Source of the DNA: Candidatus Poribacteria bacterium
Lineage (GTDB): Bacteria; Poribacteria; WGA-4E; WGA-3G
Length of the DNA stretch: 64,000 nt
Direction of reading: 5' to 3'
Assembly: GCA_963665235.2 (NCBI GenBank)
Contig: CAXXLX010000001.1
Span: forward strand, 608,001-672,000
A program made the translations under genes and the position numbers. The notes beneath the pieces are model-generated. The model ran no database searches. It saw only the letters and a program-made list of their open reading frames with translations, and was not told where the DNA came from. Shown here piece after piece: positions 52,116-62,584 of the stretch (positions are counted from its first letter, which is position 1; every line of letters starts with the position of its first letter).

Positions 52116-54941
52116 ATGTCAAGCGAAAATTCAAGAACCCTCTATATTATTGACACGCTCGCCGAAATCTTTCGTTCATTCTATGCAATTCAGACCCGTT
52201 TGACTAGCTCTGTCACAGGGGAGCCCACGAACGCTATCTTCGGTTTTACCAGCATGCTCATGAAGCTCTTCACCGACATCAAAGCGGAGCATATTGTCGC
52301 CGCAATTGATATGCCCGGGGACACTTTCCGGAACACGCTTTATCCTGAATACAAAGAGAATCGCAGGACACCCCCAGATGACCTCGTTAAACAGATTCCC
52401 CGTATCCAAGAACTGCTTGAAGCCTTCCAAATTCCTGTCCTCGGGCAACCCGCGTTGGAAGCAGACGACATCATTGCCTCCGTAACGCAATCGGTATTGG
52501 ATACCCCTGAAACGCAAGATGTGGATGTCTGTATCATCTCTAAAGATAAAGACCTTGAGCAGCTGCTCTGTGACAGGGTTACAATGTTTGACATTCGTAA
52601 CGACAAAACGCTTGATGTCGCAGCACTTTTGGAAAATAAAGGGATTACACCGGACCAAGTCGTTGATGTCCTAACCTTGATGGGGGACACGGCCGATAAT
52701 GTGCCGGGGGTTGAAGGCATCGGTTTGAAAACAGCGACGAAGTTGATTCAGGAGTTCGGTTCAGTTGACAACATCTTCGCGAATATTGATCAGATTAAGG
52801 GCAAACGCCGTGAGAATTTAGAGAAGGCGCGTGACCATCTCCCACTTTCCCAACAGCTTGTGACGTTGAAACGGGATGCTGTCCTCGATTTTTCGATGGA
52901 ACAGGCGCGTGTTAAACCGTTTGACCTCCAGGAAATCAACCGGTTGTTTGAAGAGTTGGAGCTCAAGCGGTTTCAGCGAGTCGTTGTTGAACTTGCTTCC
53001 GGCAGTGTTATCTCTGCCGATGCCAAACCCCCGGAGAGAACGACCCGCCAAGAACGGTTGACAGCGATGGCAGAGAAAAAGAGTGCCATTTTGGAAAGCG
53101 GTGATTATGCTACCGCCGATTCCTGCAACTATACAGCTATCACGACAGCAGCACAATTAACAGCACTCGTTGAGACGCTTTCAACCCAACGGCTTATCAG
53201 CGTGGATACGGAAACCGATGGGTTGCATCGCGATGCGGCCCTCTGTGGACTCAGCTTTTCTTGGCAACCCGCAAGAGGCGTTTATATACCGATTCGGTCG
53301 CCTGCACCTGAAACGCATTTGGACGAGAAAACAGTGCTTGCACAACTCAAACCGCTCTTAGAAAATCCCGATTTGCCGAAATGTGGACATAACCTGAAGT
53401 TTGATGCTGGTATTCTGATACGGCACGGTATTAAACTGAGGGGGGTCGTTTTCGATACAATGTTGGCAAGTCAACTCGTTGACGCACGGCACCCCTCACA
53501 TAATTTAGATACACTTTCACTGCTCTATTTAAACCACAAAATGATTCCGCTCACCGGGTTGATAGGGGAGGGCACAGCACATGACGCAATTGATAAAATT
53601 CCTTTGGATGTAGTGACAGAATATGCCGCGGAAGATGCCGACATTACGTTGCGCCTCTATCACTTCCTCACCCCGAAACTTACCGAGATGGGAATAGTGG
53701 AGTTGGTACGCGATATAGAATCCCCCCTTGCCCCAGTACTTGCAGAGATGGAGTTTAACGGCATTATCTGCAACACGGATGCGTTGAAAGCACAAAATCG
53801 GGTGATTCAAAAGCTTGTGGCGGAACGTCAAAAACAGATACATGACATAGTCGGGTTCGCGTTTAATATAGACTCGCCACGTCAACTATCGGTCGTCCTA
53901 TTCGAGCAGATTGGTTATAAACCTGTGAGGCGTACCAAAGGTGGTAACCTGTCAACAGATGTGACAGTATTGGAAACGCTCTCCCTACAAGAGGATGTGA
54001 ACGACCCGAAAACGAGCGTGCCGCGTTTAATTATTGAGTATCGGCAATTCCGTAAACTACAAAGCACGTATCTGACACAGCTCCAGAACGCGGTTGTGCC
54101 GGAGACGCGTCGCATTCACACACACCTATATCAATTGACGACAGCAACCGGCCGTTTGAAATCTGACCGCCCGAATCTTCAGAATATTCCAGTGCGAACC
54201 GACATCGGCCGGCAGCTACGTAGTGCGTTTGAGGCACCGGCGGGGTATAAGTTAATCTGTGCCGATTATTCACAGATTGAACTCCGTATTCTCGCCCATT
54301 TCAGTCAAGATACAAAATTGATTGAGGCATTCACACAAGATTTGGATATCCATACATCGGTTGCTGCGGAGGTCTTTGGGGTACCAGCGGCAGAGGTCAC
54401 GCGTGAGCTCCGCGATAAAGCGAAAAGCGTCAACTTCGGCATCATCTACGGTGTCTCTCCTTCAGGGCTTGCACGCCGTATTAAGGGGATGACTGTGAGC
54501 GAAGCGAGGGATTTGATTTCGGATTATAAACGTCGTTTTCCGGGTATCACCCATTTTCTGCATCAATGCATCCAACAGGCGTTGGACCATGGATATGTTT
54601 CCACTTTAACTGGCCGTCGGCGGGCAATCCCTGAAATCTATGAATCTTCACAGAGTCGGCGAAGTTTAGGGGAAAGGTTAGCCATCAATACGGTTGTGCA
54701 AGGCACGGCTGCTGACCTGATGAAGGCTGCTATGGTCAAAGTTCAGCACAGGATTGACCGTGACCGCTTGCCGATGAAAATGTTATTGCAAATTCACGAT
54801 GAATTAGTTCTTGAAACCCCGGCGGAATTTGTTGAATCACACGCGGCAATTGTCTGCGAAGAGATGGAGAGCATTATGCCCCTGCGGGTCCCGCTTCGGA
54901 CCGAGGCTGGGATTGGAGAAAACTGGTTGGATGCAAAGTAA
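52116..54941 (+). CDS. polA: DNA polymerase I
   Basis: 5'-3' exonuclease (EADD, GDTADNVPGV), 3'-5' exonuclease (DTET, HNLKFD, YAAEDAD), polymerase motifs DYSQIELR, AK.VNFGIIYG, QIHDEL. Confidence 0.97.
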   Translation: MSSENSRTLYIIDTLAEIFRSFYAIQTRLTSSVTGEPTNAIFGFTSMLMKLFTDIKAEHIVAAIDMPGDTFRNTLYPEYKENRRTPPDDLVKQIPRIQELLEAFQIPVLGQPALEADDIIASVTQSVLDTPETQDVDVCIISKDKDLEQLLCDRVTMFDIRNDKTLDVAALLENKGITPDQVVDVLTLMGDTADNVPGVEGIGLKTATKLIQEFGSVDNIFANIDQIKGKRRENLEKARDHLPLSQQLVTLKRDAVLDFSMEQARVKPFDLQEINRLFEELELKRFQRVVVELASGSVISADAKPPERTTRQERLTAMAEKKSAILESGDYATADSCNYTAITTAAQLTALVETLSTQRLISVDTETDGLHRDAALCGLSFSWQPARGVYIPIRSPAPETHLDEKTVLAQLKPLLENPDLPKCGHNLKFDAGILIRHGIKLRGVVFDTMLASQLVDARHPSHNLDTLSLLYLNHKMIPLTGLIGEGTAHDAIDKIPLDVVTEYAAEDADITLRLYHFLTPKLTEMGIVELVRDIESPLAPVLAEMEFNGIICNTDALKAQNRVIQKLVAERQKQIHDIVGFAFNIDSPRQLSVVLFEQIGYKPVRRTKGGNLSTDVTVLETLSLQEDVNDPKTSVPRLIIEYRQFRKLQSTYLTQLQNAVVPETRRIHTHLYQLTTATGRLKSDRPNLQNIPVRTDIGRQLRSAFEAPAGYKLICADYSQIELRILAHFSQDTKLIEAFTQDLDIHTSVAAEVFGVPAAEVTRELRDKAKSVNFGIIYGVSPSGLARRIKGMTVSEARDLISDYKRRFPGITHFLHQCIQQALDHGYVSTLTGRRRAIPEIYESSQSRRSLGERLAINTVVQGTAADLMKAAMVKVQHRIDRDRLPMKMLLQIHDELVLETPAEFVESHAAIVCEEMESIMPLRVPLRTEAGIGENWLDAK

Positions 54942-54964
54942 AATAGAAAAATTGTGAATTAAAC

Positions 54965-54993
54965 TTGACAAATCCCAAAAATTGTGGTATCAT
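54965..54993 (+). promoter_or_regulatory. Putative sigma70 promoter for RRM gene (implies ~270-nt 5' UTR)
   Basis: TTGACA-17 nt-TATCAT. Confidence 0.65.
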
Positions 54994-55272
54994 ATTAACG
55001 TTTGGGAAATGTGATGGTGTCTGCAAACCATAATATTTGTAGGAGTGCTCTGACGAGCGCGACCTCCTAGCGTAGTATTTTGACAGTTTTACGGTTTGGA
55101 ACCAGGTACATTCTTGTAGATTGTGACGCGGCTTCCGAAAAAGATTGATAAGAATCCCGAGTTCATTTTTGCCAATCTTCGCTTTACTGCCAAATGTCTG
55201 CCTATAGAACATGCTGACAGTACTCAGTTTTCTCACATTCCCGTTTATTTCAATTTCAAAAGGAGAAACGAG

Positions 55273-55551
55273 ATGAACATCTACGTTGGCAATGTGCCTT
55301 ATGCAGCCACAGAGACTGACCTGGAAGAACTCTTTGAACCGCACGGTCCGCTTACCACAGTGACGATTATTCGTGACCGGTATGATGGCCGTTCCAAAGG
55401 GTACGGGTTCGTTGAGATGGAAAACCAAGAAGATGGCGAACGCGCGATTGAAGCCTTAGATGGCCAAGAGTTAATGGGACGTCCGTTGAAAGTCAACCCC
55501 GCCCGTCCGCGCGAACGACGTGCTGAACGCCGCTACGAAGAAGACGAGTAA
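55273..55551 (+). CDS. RNA-binding protein (RRM/RNP-1)
   Basis: MNIYVGN (RNP2), RSKGYGFVEM (RNP1), GRPLKVN.AR. Confidence 0.95.
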   Translation: MNIYVGNVPYAATETDLEELFEPHGPLTTVTIIRDRYDGRSKGYGFVEMENQEDGERAIEALDGQELMGRPLKVNPARPRERRAERRYEEDE

Positions 55552-55614
55552 CCACGTCCCCAGCAGCCACGTTCAGAAAAATAGAAAACGGCTGCAAAAG
55601 TATGCGGAATACTT

Positions 55615-55654
55615 AATGCTCCAGTTGTTTACAACCGGGGCATTTTTGTTTTTT
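55615..55654 (+). terminator. Rho-independent terminator after RRM gene
   Basis: AATGCTCCAGTTG-TTTA-CAACCGGGGCATT followed by a T-rich tract. Confidence 0.7.
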
Positions 55655-55660
55655 AATGCA

Positions 55661-56156
55661 ACTCTTCTATAGGAGCGTGCTGTGCACGCGATATTACGAC
55701 CCCATATTTTCAAGATATTACGCGCTCCTCTGTAGGAGCGTGCTGTGCACGCGATATTACGACCCCATATTTTCAAGCGCGCTCCTCTGTAGGAGCGTGC
55801 TGTGCACGCGATATTACGACCCCATATTTTCAAGAGCACTCCTCTGTAGGAGCGTGCTGTGCACGCGATATTACGACCCCATATTTTCAAGAGCACTCCT
55901 CTGTAGGAGCGTGCTGTGCACGCGATATTACGACCCCATATTTTCGCACTCCTCTGTAGGAGCGTGCTGTGCACGCGATATTACGACCCCATATTTTCAA
56001 GAGCACTCCTCTGTAGGAGCGTGCTGTGCACGCGATATTACGACCCCATATTTTCAAGAGCACTCCTCTGTAGGAGCGTGCTGTGCACGCGATATTACGA
56101 CCCCATATTTTCAAGAGCACTCCTCTGTAGGAGCGTGCTGTGCACGCGATATTACG
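55661..56156. repeat. Tandem array of 9 GTAG-type REP units (~57 bp)
   Basis: GTAGGAGCGTGCTGTGCACGCGATATTACGACCCCATATTTTCAAGAGCACTCCTCT; same REP core as the 13661 array. Confidence 0.92.
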
Positions 56157-56210
56157 CGCATTAGGTATTAACCTCTTACGCGCTCAAGCCGAGCTCACGA
56201 CTGAGAACCA

Positions 56211-58031
56211 TCACCCCAACCGTTCTTTAACCTTTGTTTTATCAATTTGTGCCTCGGCGACAAATTCCTGATATTGCGGGGGCAGGACTTCTGGCAGCAT
56301 TGCGCGAGAATTGGCTTCGTGCAATGCAAGTAACCCCATGAAGAGTTGCATCTCCGGTGAATAGTCGGGCATAAAATCTTCCACTACTTCGAGCAGGTCA
56401 GCTTGGGTCATAGCATTCCGATTGTTCCGTTTTGCAATGTTATGACCGCGTTGTGCAATTTGTGCAATGTCACTGACGCTCAGCCCCTCCATTTTCGGGT
56501 TTCGGGCAATTTCTTGGAAATTAATTTGCTCGCGCGTGTGCATTCGGCAAAAGAACTGCAAAATGCCTGCTCGGCTCTCCTGCATTGGGGCGAGAAAAAC
56601 CAATTTGTGTGAAAAAATCTCCGGCTTGCGAAAAATTGGCGGCATTAAGTCCGGGCGACTTGATGTACCGACCCATATCACTTTGCCATGCAAGGAGGCA
56701 TCACTGATAGCATTGGTCAGGCTCACTGGAAACGAGCGTTCCCAACTTTCCGCTTGGATACTTGTATGTGGAGAGGCCTGCTCAATCTCTTCCATAAATA
56801 CAACGACCGGCGCAATCCCCTTAATAAAGTTAATCGCAGCGATGAGGTTACGTTCATAACTGTTGCTGTTCTCATTAATATTAATCGTTACCTCGCTGAC
56901 CTGATTGGCGTAGCGGAGCCGTACTAGTGCCATGTTTGTTTGGCCTGCAAGCAAGCTCGCTGCATACACGTTCCCATTTCCAGTGGGGCCAAGGAAAAGT
57001 ATTCCCCGGGGTATCCGCCGTCTGTCTTCCTGTTCCATTCCCTCAGCAATATCTTGAATGACTCGTGTTACGTGGGCGGACCAGTGCTGTTGCCGGGTGG
57101 CAATAGGTTCGTTAATTTCAATAATTCCGTGGCTGAAGGTTTTGACACTTTCGCGTCGGTAGGTACGGAGTATGTCGCCGCCCACTTTCTGACCGTTAGA
57201 GGCTGCGTGCCGTGCCATATCGTGAATACCGAAAAGATTTAAGCCAGCTGTATTGTGTGCTAAAGCCTGCTTCTCTTGCGTATTGCCGAAATTTAAATTG
57301 ACCTGTGTAACCCGCCCCGGCGAGTCCGCCATAGAAATCTCCTGCGGAATAGCACCGAGATGTTCAATAAACTTCAGACGTTCGTCATAATCCGGAAACG
57401 GAATTTCGACGAGAGGCATCTCCTGATTGACCAGCAAATTCGGGTGAATATCGTACGTGTTTTGCGTAATAAGCAGAACGATATGCTTTCGTCGCCGTAT
57501 CTCCAAATCGGCAGCCCAATTTTGGAGTTGGTGGAAAAACAGTTTGAGCTCATCTTTTGCTGGCAGGTTTATCGATGGGTCGTTGGGGGCAATCTGTTCA
57601 AGATAATTGATGACCAATCCGATTCGGACCCTGTTTACTTTTAGCAGGTCGTGCATCTTCTGTATCAATTCCTTTGTAGGGACCGGATCGCTTTTATAGA
57701 AACCATCTTCATGAATCTTGTTGACTGCAAGTTGTGAATTAATCCTTCTCCGCTCGGGCGTTTCATCCGGGGCATCCTGGTTTTTCGGAATAAGTCCCAG
57801 AATTTTCTGCGTTTCCAACCACTTTCCCACATGGGGCCATGCGAACCCTTGCGTGCTGTTGTAACCGAGAACCAACTGGCATCCGAGTCTATTGAGTTGT
57901 TCCATCAGATAATCCAAGGTAGGTAAGTAGCCGTAAACTTCATCGTGCAGCAGGTCTTGCACATTAAAGTGCAGTAAAAATTGATGTGCAGCAGCGACTT
58001 TGTATTGTGTTTCAATCTGTTCCCAAAACAT
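56211..58031 (-). CDS. AAA+ ATPase-like protein with degenerate Walker A
   Basis: PRGILFLGPTGNGNV, VVVFMEEIE, WVGTSSRPDL; N-terminal FLLHFNVQD. Confidence 0.8.
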   Translation of the reverse strand: MFWEQIETQYKVAAAHQFLLHFNVQDLLHDEVYGYLPTLDYLMEQLNRLGCQLVLGYNSTQGFAWPHVGKWLETQKILGLIPKNQDAPDETPERRRINSQLAVNKIHEDGFYKSDPVPTKELIQKMHDLLKVNRVRIGLVINYLEQIAPNDPSINLPAKDELKLFFHQLQNWAADLEIRRRKHIVLLITQNTYDIHPNLLVNQEMPLVEIPFPDYDERLKFIEHLGAIPQEISMADSPGRVTQVNLNFGNTQEKQALAHNTAGLNLFGIHDMARHAASNGQKVGGDILRTYRRESVKTFSHGIIEINEPIATRQQHWSAHVTRVIQDIAEGMEQEDRRRIPRGILFLGPTGNGNVYAASLLAGQTNMALVRLRYANQVSEVTININENSNSYERNLIAAINFIKGIAPVVVFMEEIEQASPHTSIQAESWERSFPVSLTNAISDASLHGKVIWVGTSSRPDLMPPIFRKPEIFSHKLVFLAPMQESRAGILQFFCRMHTREQINFQEIARNPKMEGLSVSDIAQIAQRGHNIAKRNNRNAMTQADLLEVVEDFMPDYSPEMQLFMGLLALHEANSRAMLPEVLPPQYQEFVAEAQIDKTKVKERLG

Positions 58032-58062
58032 GATGTTTCTCCGGGCTAATGTCTTGTGTTAG

Positions 58063-59331
58063 TCAACTACCCAAGCCTAAAGACTTGTGCCTATTAAGAG
58101 CATCGAACAGCGTTAACTGTACCGCGTCTATTAAACCTTTGTCTCGTGCTTCGTTCTTGTTTCTCGCTTCATAGAGGGTGGTAACCCACCGCTCTCCACG
58201 AAAGGCAGCAGCTGCCTTAAAAAGAATGTTTAATGCAGCGTTGTGGTCTCGGTCTAAAGACGTGCCACAGAAACTGCAATTAAAGGTCCGTATCGCCAGA
58301 GAGAGTTTCTTTGGCGATTTCTGACCGCAACTTGAGCAGATTTGCGAAGTGTTTTTGGGCTCCACTTGGTGGAAATGGAAACCGTCTCTTTCGGAAACCA
58401 TGTTTCCGCACCACTCAAAGAAGGTTGCCCAAGACGCATCGCTAATACTCTTGCTGAGGTGTTTGTTCTTGACCATGTTAGAAACGCTTAAGTCCTCTGC
58501 CACTAATACACTGTTTTTCTTGTGGTGGTAGAGTTTGTAGATGAGTTGGTTTCCAATAAAGTCTTTGCGTCTGTTCGCGGTTCGCTCGTGGTGTAATGAT
58601 AGTTTGTGTTGTTGTTTCTTTGAACGGTTGCTACCTTTTTTCTTTCGAGAAAGATCTTTGGAATGTTTTTGGGTTAAACCTTCTGCTTGACGATACCAGC
58701 GTGGGTTGTTCTCTTTTTCGCCTCCGGATGTTGTCAGATAATGCATCGTTCCCATATCAACAGCTATAGCAGTTGTTGGGTCAACCTTCGGTGTGTCCGT
58801 GAGTTCACAGGTAATATGAGCATACCAGCCACTTGCTTTTTTAACGAGCGTAACGCCTTTGGGAGCCCCTTGAAGCGGGCGGTGCATATAGATTTTGACT
58901 TCGCCAAGTTTGGGGACTTTCAAACGGTCGTGTTTCCAGGCTGTTTCGCGTATCGGATGCTCGCGAATACCTTTGGACTTGCGGAGTTTCCACGACATAG
59001 ACTTTATGCTTTTTCTGTGTCTTGGATACCCTTTTTTCGCAGTGCCTTCTTCGCAGCGTCTATAGAAACCGGCGAAGGCTTTATCGTTACGTTCCAAAGC
59101 ACAGACTTGCATATCTTGTGGGACTTCGCGAAAGTCATCGTATTTTTTACGCGCAACCGTCAACTTCCGTTGTTGGTCGTAGCAAGAAACTTTTTCGCGT
59201 GCCGTTTCCCAAGCGACCTTGCGATCATGGCGAGCAGAGTTCTGAAGTTCACACAAATGGGCAAGCCAGTCTAATAATGTTGTTTCCTGTGTTTTCGTAG
59301 GATACACAGGGTATCTGAAAGTTAGTTTCAT
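58063..59331 (-). CDS. tnpB: RNA-guided endonuclease TnpB
   Basis: HTH (FRYPVYPTK.Q), RuvC-I AVDMG, RuvC-II AEDL, Zn finger CSSC..CSFC, RuvC-III DRDHNAALNI. Confidence 0.93.
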   Translation of the reverse strand: MKLTFRYPVYPTKTQETTLLDWLAHLCELQNSARHDRKVAWETAREKVSCYDQQRKLTVARKKYDDFREVPQDMQVCALERNDKAFAGFYRRCEEGTAKKGYPRHRKSIKSMSWKLRKSKGIREHPIRETAWKHDRLKVPKLGEVKIYMHRPLQGAPKGVTLVKKASGWYAHITCELTDTPKVDPTTAIAVDMGTMHYLTTSGGEKENNPRWYRQAEGLTQKHSKDLSRKKKGSNRSKKQQHKLSLHHERTANRRKDFIGNQLIYKLYHHKKNSVLVAEDLSVSNMVKNKHLSKSISDASWATFFEWCGNMVSERDGFHFHQVEPKNTSQICSSCGQKSPKKLSLAIRTFNCSFCGTSLDRDHNAALNILFKAAAAFRGERWVTTLYEARNKNEARDKGLIDAVQLTLFDALNRHKSLGLGS

Positions 59332-59424
59332 GGTTTTCTTTGCCTTCGTTTATCCCCTTCTTAGTGGGAAGCGGACACATTACCAAGCGGTAACGCTAAG
59401 AATGTCCGCCAACTTGATACTCTA

Positions 59425-59453
59425 ATTATACCATGTTTTATGGTCAATGTCAA
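59425..59453 (-). promoter_or_regulatory. Consensus sigma70 promoter driving tnpB
   Basis: TTGACA-17 nt-TATAAT on the minus strand inside the element. Confidence 0.8.
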
Positions 59454-59639
59454 GTTAAAAACGATGTACCAACGGGGTTAGCGGGCTTTCCTCCCAAAGC
59501 TAAAGCATTGGGAAACCTCTCGCCCGAATGCCCGTGATTTTTTTACAATTGCATTGTGTTTGCGAATTTCTTGTTTAAATAGAATACCATAAAATCGCGT
59601 CGAAATCAACGTTTTTTTCCATCGCAATCCAAAATAAAT

Positions 59640-59668
59640 TTGATAAACATAGCAAAATATGGTATAAT
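59640..59668 (+). promoter_or_regulatory. Putative sigma70 promoter for the amidohydrolase pair
   Basis: TTGATA-17 nt-TATAAT. Confidence 0.65.
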
Positions 59669-59699
59669 TTCACATACCTAAAAGGAGGGGGAAAAGACA

Positions 59700-60785
59700 A
59701 TGGAAACTGAAAATCTCACATCCGGAATCTTTCCGGCGGGTGTGTCTGTCATAGACTGTGACCTGCATAACCCGTTACCATCAGTCCGCATGCTTTATCC
59801 CTATCTCCCAGACTATTGGTCCGACTACTGTGAAGAATCGGGTTTTCCGGGACCGGATGCTAACGATTATCCAGAAGGGGTGCCGATTTCAACGCGTCCA
59901 GAATTTTCGTCTGCTGAAGCGGTGGATGCCGCCTCGGATTTGGCACACCTTCGGGAGGACGCGCTTGCCCCTTGGAACAGCGAATACGGCATACTTACCT
60001 GTGGGTATCGGGTGCAAAGCGTCCATAACGAAGATTTAGCGGCAGCCCTTGCTTCCGCAGTTAATGAGTGGCAGATTGAACATTGGTTTGACCCGGAACC
60101 ACGCTTACGGGGGTCGTTAATTGTGCCCAGCCAAAATCCTGAACTCGCTGCGAGAGAAATAGAACGTATAGGGGCACATCCGGGGTTTGTCCAGGTAATG
60201 CTGCCCGCCCGTTCACAGGCACCTTACGGAAATCGACGTTATCATCCGATTTACGCTGCAGCGGTGCGGCACAAGCTGGTAGTCGGTATCCACTACGGGG
60301 GAGCCCCGGGGCTGCCTCCGACATCTGTGGGCTGGCCCTCAACCTACTTAGAGGAATACGTTGGTATGTCGCAAGTGTTTCAGGCACAAGTGCTCAGTCT
60401 TGTAGCGGAGGGGGTTTTCGACCAGTTTCCTGACCTACGCGTTGCGCTCATAGAGAGCGGTGTGACATGGATGCCCTCTCTGATGTGGCGGTTTGATAAG
60501 GAGTGGCGCGGCTTACGCGGGTTAACACCGTGGGTTAAACAACCCCCCTCAGCATATATCCGACAACATATACGGATGACGTTGCAACCGATTGACGCAC
60601 CCCCAACTGCCGAAGAACTGCTTCAAATTGTGGGACAACTTGATTCCGAAGACCTGCTTATGTTTTCAACCGATTATCCGCATTGGCACTTTGATTCCCC
60701 TGAAGAGGCTTTTCCAGTAAACCTCCCACAGGGGGTGGCACGCAAGATTTTATCCGAAAATGCCAGAGCCTTTTACCAATTTTGA
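59700..60785 (+). CDS. Amidohydrolase_2 family protein
   Basis: IDCDLH, GIHYGG, IESG..W, LMFSTDYPHW. Confidence 0.9.
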   Translation: METENLTSGIFPAGVSVIDCDLHNPLPSVRMLYPYLPDYWSDYCEESGFPGPDANDYPEGVPISTRPEFSSAEAVDAASDLAHLREDALAPWNSEYGILTCGYRVQSVHNEDLAAALASAVNEWQIEHWFDPEPRLRGSLIVPSQNPELAAREIERIGAHPGFVQVMLPARSQAPYGNRRYHPIYAAAVRHKLVVGIHYGGAPGLPPTSVGWPSTYLEEYVGMSQVFQAQVLSLVAEGVFDQFPDLRVALIESGVTWMPSLMWRFDKEWRGLRGLTPWVKQPPSAYIRQHIRMTLQPIDAPPTAEELLQIVGQLDSEDLLMFSTDYPHWHFDSPEEAFPVNLPQGVARKILSENARAFYQF

Positions 60786-60808
60786 GTGTGAAGGCAGAGG
60801 GATTATAT

Positions 60809-61891
60809 ATGGAAATAGAAAAAAAAGAGACCAAACGGCAGCGGTTGCCAATTATCGACTGTGATATACATAACACACTTGCTTCAGAGACAGTGTTATA
60901 TCCCTATTTCTCCGAGCGTTGGCGTAAACATCATGGTATGGTGGGCACTCCCGAACGTATCGGTTCGTATATTCCACGCGCCTATTTGCACGCCGCACGT
61001 CAGGATGCCTGGACACCCTCCGGACAACGCCCAGGGTCCGACCTGGACTTTCTACGGAAGCAGCTGCTGGATGCATACAACATTGAATACGGTATTTTGA
61101 ACTGCTTGACCCCCGTTTGTGAGATGCCGAATCTTGAATATGCGGCAGCCTGGGCCCGGGCTGTGAACGACTGGCAAATCGCTGAATGGCTTGAACCGGA
61201 ACCGAGACTCCGTGCTTCACTCATCGTCGTATCCGATGACACAGAATTCGCAATTCAAGAAATCGCTCGACTCGCGAACCATCCGGGGTTCGTGCAGGTC
61301 CTAGTGCTTGCTCGGACATTGGAACCCCTCGGACGCCGCAGGTATTGGAAGCTATACGAGACACTCGTGGAATACGACCTTCCGCTCGCGATTCACTTCA
61401 CCGGAGTCGGCGCAGGCCCCATTACTGCTGTTGGCCGACCGTCACACTATATAGAGGACCACGCAGGAATGACGCAGGCATTTCAGACACAGGTGACCAG
61501 CCTCGTCTGCGAAGGTGTTCTCGAACGTTTTCCAGCACTTAAGGTGGTTTTAATTGAGGGGGGTTTCGCTTGGATACCCCCGCTGATGTGGCGACTCGAC
61601 CGAGCATGGAAAAAACTCCGGGCTGAAGTACCAACCCTGAAAAGATTGCCCTCTGATTACATCCGGTCGAATTTCTACATTACAACGCAACCGATTGAAG
61701 AACCGCCGAAAGAGGAATACTTTCACCAGCTGCTCGCGCAACTAGACCTGAATGATAGGTTGATGTTCGCAACCGATTATCCGCATTGGGATTTTGATTC
61801 TCCTGAGCATGCACTCCCGAAAAGTCTTGAGCCGGAGCTCAAGCGGAAAATCATGGCAGACAATGCACGCACCCTGTACCAATTTAATTAA
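60809..61891 (+). CDS. Amidohydrolase_2 family protein (paralogue/partner)
   Basis: IDCDIH, AIHF.G, IEGGFAW, LMFATDYPHWDFD. Confidence 0.9.
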   Translation: MEIEKKETKRQRLPIIDCDIHNTLASETVLYPYFSERWRKHHGMVGTPERIGSYIPRAYLHAARQDAWTPSGQRPGSDLDFLRKQLLDAYNIEYGILNCLTPVCEMPNLEYAAAWARAVNDWQIAEWLEPEPRLRASLIVVSDDTEFAIQEIARLANHPGFVQVLVLARTLEPLGRRRYWKLYETLVEYDLPLAIHFTGVGAGPITAVGRPSHYIEDHAGMTQAFQTQVTSLVCEGVLERFPALKVVLIEGGFAWIPPLMWRLDRAWKKLRAEVPTLKRLPSDYIRSNFYITTQPIEEPPKEEYFHQLLAQLDLNDRLMFATDYPHWDFDSPEHALPKSLEPELKRKIMADNARTLYQFN

Positions 61892-61937
61892 TAATCATCA
61901 AAGGTTTCTTACGTATTTACAAAAGGAGAAGAAAAAG

Positions 61938-62429
61938 ATGTCCGAAACGAAAAATACAAAGGAATTAACGCCTTGCTACTTCAACCCGGTGAAGGTGAAA
62001 TTAGAATATATGGACGAATGCCTTGAGCAATTGCGTAATGGGCTCCCGCCGAACAAGGAGGCTTACATAAACGCTGAACGTCTAACACACTCCTTTATCA
62101 CAAGCTGTGTTCTGATGATTGTGCAACGGTGCGTAGATATCAATAATACCATCATAGAATTTACCGGGGGAACCCCGCCTCTCCTAAAACATCAAGGGTT
62201 TTACTTCATGCAAGAGAGGGGCGTAATTGATACGGAAACGCTCAATTTTTTTGAGCATGCCGTCGCCTGTTACCAGAAAATCGCTAACCCTTATGAAATA
62301 TTTCCAGCGGACGAGCTTTACGAAATAGCGGTACTTTTGCTGAAACACGGTGAAGCCTATACGCGCCAGATTCAGGTTTTTTTTCAAAACAGCGAGCTAG
62401 TGCTAAGCCCCGAAGACACCTTGAATTAA
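61938..62429 (+). CDS. HepT/DUF86-like (HEPN) protein with degenerate RNase motif
   Basis: KLEYM..L..L, IVQRCVDIN..I, F..M...GVID; CYQKIANPY at the position of the usual GFRN..VH.Y. Confidence 0.6.
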   Translation: MSETKNTKELTPCYFNPVKVKLEYMDECLEQLRNGLPPNKEAYINAERLTHSFITSCVLMIVQRCVDINNTIIEFTGGTPPLLKHQGFYFMQERGVIDTETLNFFEHAVACYQKIANPYEIFPADELYEIAVLLLKHGEAYTRQIQVFFQNSELVLSPEDTLN

Positions 62430-62584
62430 GCAGGAGGGAGGTTTCTAGCAGATTATAGGGGTGTAAGAATCAGCTTCTTGTGATAGGTGTTTAAAGTTTT
62501 TGTCAAACGGAACTGTGATAAGTATCCGGAGGAGGCTTCTAGATTCGCTCTTTGAATTTTTTCGATTTACACTCACATAAGTCG

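Larger units (their letters stand above)
58062..59533 (-). mobile_element. IS200/IS605 family element carrying tnpB only
   Basis: Right end ...CTTTAGGCTTGGGTAGTTGAC; left-end hairpin CCCAATGCTTTAGCTTTGGG; left boundary inferred. Confidence 0.8.
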
